This document shows, in pieces, positions 59,201-64,000 of a stretch of 64,000 bases of DNA. Source of the DNA: Gammaproteobacteria bacterium. GTDB lineage: Bacteria > Pseudomonadota > Gammaproteobacteria > GCA-001735895. Numbering within the stretch: position 1 is the stretch's first letter; every line of letters begins with the position of its first letter. The notes below the pieces were generated by a model. That model had not been told where the DNA came from and searched no databases. It saw only the letters and a program-made list of their open reading frames with translations. A program made the position numbers and the translations under genes. Where the stretch lies: positions 10,012 through 74,011 of the forward strand of contig JBPEYE010000392.1 in assembly GCA_052030825.1 (NCBI GenBank), read 5' to 3'.

Positions 59201-61226
59201 CGAGCTCCAGCTCCTTGCCGGGCGGATCGAACTCGAACGCGAGCGCTACGCCGAGGCCAATGCCCGTCTCGAAGCGGCCGTCGCGCTAAACCCGCAATCA
59301 CTGCCGGCGCGCATCCTGTATTCGCGCGGGCTGTTCGCGACGCGCAATTACCGCTCCGCCGCAATCCATGCCGACGCCGCGGCGCGCATTGCTCCCCGTG
59401 ATATCGAAGTGCTCGTGCTGCAGGCGGACATCGCCAATCAGCAGGGCAAGACCGGTTCGGCGATCGAGCATCTCAAAACCGCGATCAGCCTCGATCCGGC
59501 GTCGCCCGATCTGAAGTACCGCATCGGCCGGGTCTACCAGGATGCCAATCTGTTCGACCTGGCGCAGGCGCAATTCGAGCAGGCGGCGGCGATTCGGCCC
59601 GATTGGGACGATCCGTGGGTTGCACTGGGCAACCTCTACCGCGAGCGCCGCCGCTTCGACGACGCGGTCGCCGCCTTCGAGCAGGCGGTCGAGCGCAAGC
59701 CTTCCGAGGCCAATCGTGCGCTGCTCAATCTGGCCTTCGCCGAGCGCAAGAAGTCGCTCGAGTTCGCGAGCAACGCGCCGCAGCTGGTGCTGTCCGATCT
59801 CAACCTGCAGCGCGTGTTTTCGGCGGCTTACAAGAAATACCAGGACAAGCCGATCGGTTCGATCAAACTGCAAAACATCAGCGCGACCGACTACGGTAAC
59901 CTGACGCTGTCGTTCCAGATTCGCGAATTCATGGATTTTCCGACGCAGGTGCCGATTGCCAAAATCAAGGGCGGCGAGACGCTCGAAATACCCATTACCG
60001 CGACCTTCAACAACCGGATACTCGAGGTCGACGAGGATACCGGCGTGCAGGTCGAAGCTCGCCTCGTTTTTCTGCGTGACGGGCAGAAAGACGCTATCTC
60101 GCTGACCCAGCCGATGACGATTTACGGCAAGAACGCAATCGTCTGGCGGGAAGCGCAGATGATCGGCTCGTTCGTGACGCCGAAGGACGATACGCTGCGC
60201 GATTACGTGCGCCAGGTGATCAATCGCTATCAACCCGACCCCGGACCGCTGAACGACAAGCTGGTCGCGGCGATGGCTTATTTCAGCAGCCTGACCGCCG
60301 CCGGGATCAACTACATCGTCGATCCGAATACACCGTTTGCCGAGCTGCGCGACGACCAGATCGACTACGTGCAGTTCCCGCGCGAAACCCTGCGCCTCAA
60401 GAGCGGTGACTGCGACGATCTGTCGGTGTTGATCAGCGCGGGACTCGAAAATCTCGGTATCCGAACCGCGCTGATCGAAGTGCCCGGGCATCTTTTCGTG
60501 ATGTTCGATACCGGGCTCAACGTCGAAGACGCCGGGCTGATCAGTCAAGACCCCAGCCTGCTCGCGTTTCGCAACGGGCGGATCTGGATTCCGCTCGAGG
60601 CAACGATGATCAACACCAGTTTCAACGAGGCCTGGGCCGAGGGCGCGCGCAAATACCAGCAGGCGCTGGCCGCCGAGGAACTCGGTATCGTCGATCTCGA
60701 AACGGCCTGGCAGCAATACAAGCCCGTGACCCTGCAAAAGGCCGGTTACACGATCGAGCTCCCGGAACCACGACGTACCGAAAGCCTCGTGCAACAGGCG
60801 CGCAAGCGCCTGTTGGCCAAGAGTATCGATCGGCTGGTGCTGCCCTTCGTGGCCATGGTGGCCAACGATCCGGACAATGTCGCCGCGCGCCTGCAGATCG
60901 CGATCCTGTATTCGCGTTACGGACTCTACGAGGATGCCGAAATTGCCTTCGAGGCGCTCAAGGAGCTCGCGCCAGACGACAGCGCGGTCAGGACCAATCT
61001 CGGCAACCTGTACTTTTTGCAGCAGAACTACTCGGGTGCGATCGAGCAGTATCGGCTCGCAACCGAGCTCGACGGCGACGACGGCGGTATCTGGATAAAC
61101 CTCGCGATGGCCCAGTATCGACTCGGCGATGTCGAAAAAGCGAGAAATAATTACATCAAAGCCGTGCAATTGAATGCTAATCTAGGCACTCGGTACGATG
61201 CATTCAGTAAATTGCTGAGCCAGTAA
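56256..61226 (+). CDS. Giant secreted multidomain protein (1656 aa): signal peptide, >10 NHL-repeat beta-propeller blades, a ~12-repeat TPR array, a transglutaminase-like cysteine-protease core, and C-terminal TPRs
   Basis: Signal peptide MDVRARLQFWAGILCLCLCISLAAPARGQ. NHL motifs include YVGDARNRRISVF, YYVSDFGNNRIQVFSGDG and LYVADRGAERVIQVID. Long TPR stretches run across 700-1190. The putative transglutaminase-like triad is Cys (KSGDCDDLSVL), His (VPGHLFVMF) and a downstream Asp. The Met start at 56256 has a GAAGAG Shine-Dalgarno. Confidence 0.85.
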   Translation: MDVRARLQFWAGILCLCLCISLAAPARGQDLLRSVVDVDFAAIIGEAGAVKLTDDGVIYVSSQREGTLLRIGESRIETFSLWPSVFVDADLGGIDLLADGSLVVVNEGSGQVGIFDYAIKPRTLFSRTGDEAGELKRPGPVAASVNGRIYVGDARNRRISVFNDQGLYLFSIGRRGIRAYDLEGVEHIAIDAEENVYVLEGPTRVSIFNRDGGLIERFEVDTLREIFGGVPEFSAMTADLSGILYLGDRSSSRISEFDWRAREIRNQFGALGQSRTQYLDITALSVNNRSQLAILDRKNGKVEVFRLDSETYRPPQVADRIEYGIAIGGDCDAIYAFDRERILCLRSGSGIFLVSADGSQAVRFAETATTPTAVHVGEFTVAVLDRNLLRVFHRDGGELFAIGRYGTAPGGFIDPGDVFVHEGHYYVSDFGNNRIQVFSGDGQFVEEIRGEQGGERLFDKVGQIAVDSEGRLYVADRGAERVIQVIDRTRRRVAQIGAGDDSIHRFRRFYALDVDRQDRLYVLAGSEANDYWVGIYSDLQPYRRFGAGGDSATLAAFSEASSLSVYSGAINRIYVNDRERGHGHRFELFEYPDAAFGLGIAANRQTIGLAWISSKSPLIDHYVVEAARERDGEYVRVAHTTDRELQLKNEEWGDYSWFRVVSVSARGLRAPASTPKQNLFKIIAGDFERGAYGDAVRLADRLLRIDPDNADARELLALSLYRLGDYTRAITEFKRLESVAAYHDQALRYQVQAYYELGQLLDARAIADRLIEAEPPDAEPYLVCARLSLDLADSIGAVGCAEEGLDRHPRHADLRYLLGRAYIEAGIAEDGLQAFARVIESHPGRHDLRMRIADDLYRLGRYEDALKEYDALVEAAANPGLAAVGKARSLIRLDRDEEAKAIAVKLSGNRETRGDGYYLLGKIALRQNRYKEAVLRLTRAGKDSPNLVDNWLSLAQAYVEINQRGKAIETLAQGIERNPQAFELQLLAGRIELERERYAEANARLEAAVALNPQSLPARILYSRGLFATRNYRSAAIHADAAARIAPRDIEVLVLQADIANQQGKTGSAIEHLKTAISLDPASPDLKYRIGRVYQDANLFDLAQAQFEQAAAIRPDWDDPWVALGNLYRERRRFDDAVAAFEQAVERKPSEANRALLNLAFAERKKSLEFASNAPQLVLSDLNLQRVFSAAYKKYQDKPIGSIKLQNISATDYGNLTLSFQIREFMDFPTQVPIAKIKGGETLEIPITATFNNRILEVDEDTGVQVEARLVFLRDGQKDAISLTQPMTIYGKNAIVWREAQMIGSFVTPKDDTLRDYVRQVINRYQPDPGPLNDKLVAAMAYFSSLTAAGINYIVDPNTPFAELRDDQIDYVQFPRETLRLKSGDCDDLSVLISAGLENLGIRTALIEVPGHLFVMFDTGLNVEDAGLISQDPSLLAFRNGRIWIPLEATMINTSFNEAWAEGARKYQQALAAEELGIVDLETAWQQYKPVTLQKAGYTIELPEPRRTESLVQQARKRLLAKSIDRLVLPFVAMVANDPDNVAARLQIAILYSRYGLYEDAEIAFEALKELAPDDSAVRTNLGNLYFLQQNYSGAIEQYRLATELDGDDGGIWINLAMAQYRLGDVEKARNNYIKAVQLNANLGTRYDAFSKLLSQ

Positions 61227-61235
61227 GGGCACACC

Positions 61236-61778
61236 ATGAGAAAGACACTATTGATACTCTGCTGCCTGGGCGCGGTTGCAACCGCCCCGGTGTCCGCAAC
61301 CCAGGGTACGACGACGATCGTCGAGGGCGCTTCGCACAGCGTTTTCACCGGCCTGTTCAAGTCGGTGTGGGCGCGATTGCGCGAATTGAGCCCTTCGCAG
61401 AAAGAATCTGCCAACGCCGAACAGGTCTACACCGCCGGATTACGCGGCGCCGAGGCCACCGATACCCTGCTCAAGCCCTACTGGAAGAATGACCTGACCG
61501 AGGATCCCGCCTTCCAGACCCAGCTCAAGGCTTTCAGCCTAGCGCAGGCGCGCATGGACCAGGGCGAACTATCGGCGGCGATCGATGCCTTCGACCGCTT
61601 TCTCGAGGTACACGGTGACAGCAGCCTGCGCCCCAACGCGCTGTTCGGCAAAAGCCTGAGCCTTGCCGGCGCCGGTGACAGCGAAGCGGCGCGCACCGCG
61701 ATGCGGCAGTTCCTCGACGAGAATCCCAACCACCCGCTCGCCCCGGACGCCCGCCAGGTCATCGACGCGCTCAATTGA
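61236..61778 (+). CDS. Small secreted protein with a TPR-like helical C-terminus (180 aa)
   Basis: Signal peptide MRKTLLILCCLGAVATAPVSA. It starts 10 nt after the giant gene and is probably co-transcribed. Confidence 0.6.
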   Translation: MRKTLLILCCLGAVATAPVSATQGTTTIVEGASHSVFTGLFKSVWARLRELSPSQKESANAEQVYTAGLRGAEATDTLLKPYWKNDLTEDPAFQTQLKAFSLAQARMDQGELSAAIDAFDRFLEVHGDSSLRPNALFGKSLSLAGAGDSEAARTAMRQFLDENPNHPLAPDARQVIDALN

Positions 61779-61837
61779 CCGCGGCCGGCCCGGGCGAATC
61801 GTGACCCGGGCTTGTGTCGCCCGCGCAGTTGCCTATC

Positions 61838-62512
61838 ATGGCGAGCGTGAACCTGCTCGCGATCGACACTTCGACCGAAGCCTGCTCGGCGGCACTGTTG
61901 CGCACCGACGGTGGCGTTTTCGATACCTTCGAGGTTGCCCCGCGGAGGCACGCGACGCTGCTGCCCGAAATGATGGATACGGTGCTCGCGGCGGCCGGCG
62001 TCGCGCGTAGCGAGCTCGACTATTGCGCCTTTGCCAACGGTCCGGGCGCATTCACCGGAATTCGCATTGCCGCCGCGCAGGCGCAGGGGATCGGTGTCGC
62101 CCTCGATATCCCGCTGCTGCCGGTTTCGACCCTGGCGGTGCTCGCGCAGACGCACTTCGAGCGGGCCGAATCGCGCAAGCTGCTCGCCGCGCTCGATGCG
62201 CGCATGAATGAAATCTACTGGGCGGTTTACGTTCGCGGCGCCGACGGTTGCGCCGAACTGCACGGTTGCGAAGGTCTTGACGCGGCGACCGCGGTGCCCA
62301 TCCCGGCTGACCTCGACATCGGCGTCGGTCACGGATGGACCGACGAACTGCGCGCGCGGGCCGAATGCCCCTGCGCCCCGGACCTGTTACCGCACGCGCG
62401 TGCGCTCCTCGCGCTTGCGCGCCGCGATGCGCTGGCCGGTGGTGGCGTTGCGGCGGACGGCATCACGATCAATTATTTGCGCCAGCGGGTTGCCGACAAG
62501 GCACCGGGGTGA
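61838..62512 (+). CDS. tsaB: tRNA threonylcarbamoyladenosine biosynthesis protein TsaB (YeaZ)
   Basis: LLAIDTSTEACSAAL...FANGPGAFTGIRI matches the inactive Kae1/YgjD paralog family. The start is the Met at 61838. Confidence 0.88.
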   Translation: MASVNLLAIDTSTEACSAALLRTDGGVFDTFEVAPRRHATLLPEMMDTVLAAAGVARSELDYCAFANGPGAFTGIRIAAAQAQGIGVALDIPLLPVSTLAVLAQTHFERAESRKLLAALDARMNEIYWAVYVRGADGCAELHGCEGLDAATAVPIPADLDIGVGHGWTDELRARAECPCAPDLLPHARALLALARRDALAGGGVAADGITINYLRQRVADKAPG

Positions 62513-63540
62513 TCGCCGTTCCGTACGGCGCGCCGGCGGCAACCGGCCGCATCAAGCTCGTGGCCGAGGATTTCGAGGTCGACGAGGAACTCGGTTTCGA
62601 ACCCGGCGGGGGTGGCGAGCATCTCTGGCTCCGGGTCGAGAAGCGGGATATCGATACCCCCGAGCTGATCCGTCGCGTCGCCCGCGAGCAGGGGCTGAAA
62701 CCGGGGCGGATCGGCTACAGCGGCCTCAAGGACCGGCGCGCGCTGACCCGGCAGTGGCTAAGCCTGCATCTGCCCGGCGCGGCGCGCGAACACCGCGTCG
62801 CCGACGGCGACGGATATCGCGTGCTGGCCGCCACGTGGAATCGGCGCAAACTCAGAATCGGCACCCATCGCGGCAACCGCTTCCGTTTGCGCGTGCGCGA
62901 GCTTGACGGCTTCGACGCGCTCGCGCGAGCCCGGCTCGAACGGATCCGGCAATCGGGTTTCGCCAATTATTTCGGCCGTCAGCGCTTCGGTCGCCAGGGG
63001 GATAACGTCGCCCAGGCGCTGGCGACGCTCGGCCGTGAGCGGTCGGGTCGGCGGCGGCGCGGGCTATTGCTGTCGTCGCTGCGCGGATTTCTGTTCAACG
63101 AAATCCTGTCGCGGCGTATCGCCGCAGGCCAATGGGATGCGCCGCTCGATGGCGATGCCTATATGCTCGACGGCAGCCGCTCGGTGTTCCGCGCACCGCT
63201 CGACGCGACCATCCGCGCCCGTTTCGCCGCGCTCGACATCCATTCCGTGGGGTCGCTATACGGACCCGATCGGGAACCGCTTGGCGGCGCGGCCGAGCGC
63301 GCCGAGCAGGGAGTTTACGCCGATTATCCCGAGATTACCGCGCGCCTGGCCGAAGCCGGAGTGAAAGCGCAATGGCGTGCGCTGCGTGCGGTCGCGAAAG
63401 ACTTGGAATATCGCCACGACGACGCGTCGCGGACGCTGGAACTGAAGCTGCGGCTGGCGTCGGGCTGCTATCTCACCAGCCTGCTCGATCATTTCATCGT
63501 TGCCGCCGACGAGGACCCGGACGCGCCGGGTTTGCGATAG
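62509..63540 (+). CDS. truD: tRNA pseudouridine(13) synthase TruD
   Basis: EDFEVDEELGFEP...GEHLWLRVEK...GLKDRRA contains the TruD catalytic Asp motif. The GTG start overlaps the tsaB stop (GTGA). The track start at 62335 is too early. Confidence 0.88.
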   Translation: MIAVPYGAPAATGRIKLVAEDFEVDEELGFEPGGGGEHLWLRVEKRDIDTPELIRRVAREQGLKPGRIGYSGLKDRRALTRQWLSLHLPGAAREHRVADGDGYRVLAATWNRRKLRIGTHRGNRFRLRVRELDGFDALARARLERIRQSGFANYFGRQRFGRQGDNVAQALATLGRERSGRRRRGLLLSSLRGFLFNEILSRRIAAGQWDAPLDGDAYMLDGSRSVFRAPLDATIRARFAALDIHSVGSLYGPDREPLGGAAERAEQGVYADYPEITARLAEAGVKAQWRALRAVAKDLEYRHDDASRTLELKLRLASGCYLTSLLDHFIVAADEDPDAPGLR

Positions 63541-64000
63541 ACGCAGAACCAGCCCTCGGGCGCACCGCCGCGATAGTAGGGCAGCAGCTCGCGACTGACG
63601 CACCGCGCCTGGCCGGCGGCTTCGAGCGCGGCGAATTTGGCCGCGAATCCGCGCGTGTCCCACAGTTCGTGGTGCACGGTGCAGGCGAGTACGCCGGCGG
63701 GCTTGAGGATGCGCAAGATCTCGTCGAGCGGCTCTGGGCCGACGTGACCGTGGGTAAACGTACCCGACGAAATCACGCCGTCGTAGCTCGCATCGTCGCG
63801 CTCGAGCGGCGCGGTCACGTCGCCGACCAGTAGCTCGCGGTAGATGCCGCGTTCGCCGGCGACTCGCACCATGTCGGGCGACAGGTCGATGCCATCGAGC
63901 CGGTCATAGCCGTGATCGGCGAGGTAGACGCAGGTCAGGCCGGTGCCGCAACCGATGTCGAAGATCGCCGATTGCCGGTCCGGCAGCTGATCGGCAAGCC
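63489..64000 (-). CDS. Class I SAM-dependent methyltransferase, C-terminal part only (the N-terminus lies beyond the window end)
   Basis: The minus-strand translation continues past 63872 with motif I DIGCGTGL, then LKPAGVL. The ORF runs off the window. Its 3' end overlaps the truD 3' end by ~50 nt (convergent). Confidence 0.75.
   Translation of the reverse strand, partial: LADQLPDRQSAIFDIGCGTGLTCVYLADHGYDRLDGIDLSPDMVRVAGERGIYRELLVGDVTAPLERDDASYDGVISSGTFTHGHVGPEPLDEILRILKPAGVLACTVHHELWDTRGFAAKFAALEAAGQARCVSRELLPYYRGGAPEGWFCVYRKPGASGSSSAATMK

Noticed and set aside
61779-61837. Hairpin GCCCGGG-cgaatcgtga-CCCGGGC after the small secreted TPR-like gene, as a terminator.
   Set aside because: - A perfect 7-bp stem, but with a 10-nt loop and no following T-run.
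- tsaB starts only ~35 nt later, so it could equally be a leader structure.
- Not confidently a terminator.

Overview
This 64 kb window is high-GC (about 65%) chromosomal DNA from a gammaproteobacterium. The gene order is strikingly Pseudomonas-like, but the proteins are divergent. Most of the window is densely packed core housekeeping operons.

- **Start of window (1-9046):** ilvE (partial) and glnE; an orphan iron-type ABC permease and ATPase; adk, a yjbQ-family gene and nadB.
- **Sigma-E cluster onwards (9207-20122):** divergent rpoE-rseA-rseB-rseC-degP (algU-mucABCD-like), then a DUF836 glutaredoxin-like gene, lepA, lepB, a DUF4845 gene, rnc, era, recO, pdxJ and acpS.
- **Two-component and rRNA modification (20164-25882):** a GacS/BarA-type hybrid sensor kinase, a PolB-exo-like 3'-5' exonuclease, rlmD, a P-II protein (glnB) and a tRNA-Arg(CCT).
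- **Metabolism (28065-43032):** cfa; a CGL - enolase-superfamily - CBS operon; a molybdopterin-oxidoreductase - VOC - beta-carbonic-anhydrase - B12-domain-protein operon; an FAD-oxidase-like gene; glnD and map.
- **Translation and envelope cluster (43272-56200):** rpsB-tsf-pyrH-frr-uppS-cdsA-dxr-rseP-bamA-skp-lpxD-fabZ-lpxA.
- **End of window (56256-64000):** a 1656-aa secreted NHL/TPR/transglutaminase-like protein where lpxB is expected, then tsaB, truD and a partial methyltransferase.

The most interesting non-core element is a two-gene cassette at 25924-27886, immediately upstream of the tRNA-Arg on the same strand. It encodes a MotA/ExbB/TolQ-like membrane protein plus an ExbD/MotB-like partner. 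The partner keeps the stator-type Asp-containing transmembrane helix but has no peptidoglycan-binding domain; instead it carries a roughly 220-residue coiled coil and a small C-terminal domain of unknown family. I could not assign this pair to any named stator family. Other points worth a second look:

- an rpsB gene with a roughly 170-aa acidic/proline-rich tail ending in eight KKAAT (histone-H1-like) repeats;
- the Mo-enzyme/carbonic-anhydrase/B12-protein operon;
- loss of lpxA-lpxB synteny to the giant secreted protein;
- a long inverted repeat between fbpC and adk.

Many ORF-track models start too early: the real starts are frequently GTG or TTG codons that overlap the upstream stop by 4 nt (GTGA/ATGA). 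Long antisense ORFs are GC artefacts.
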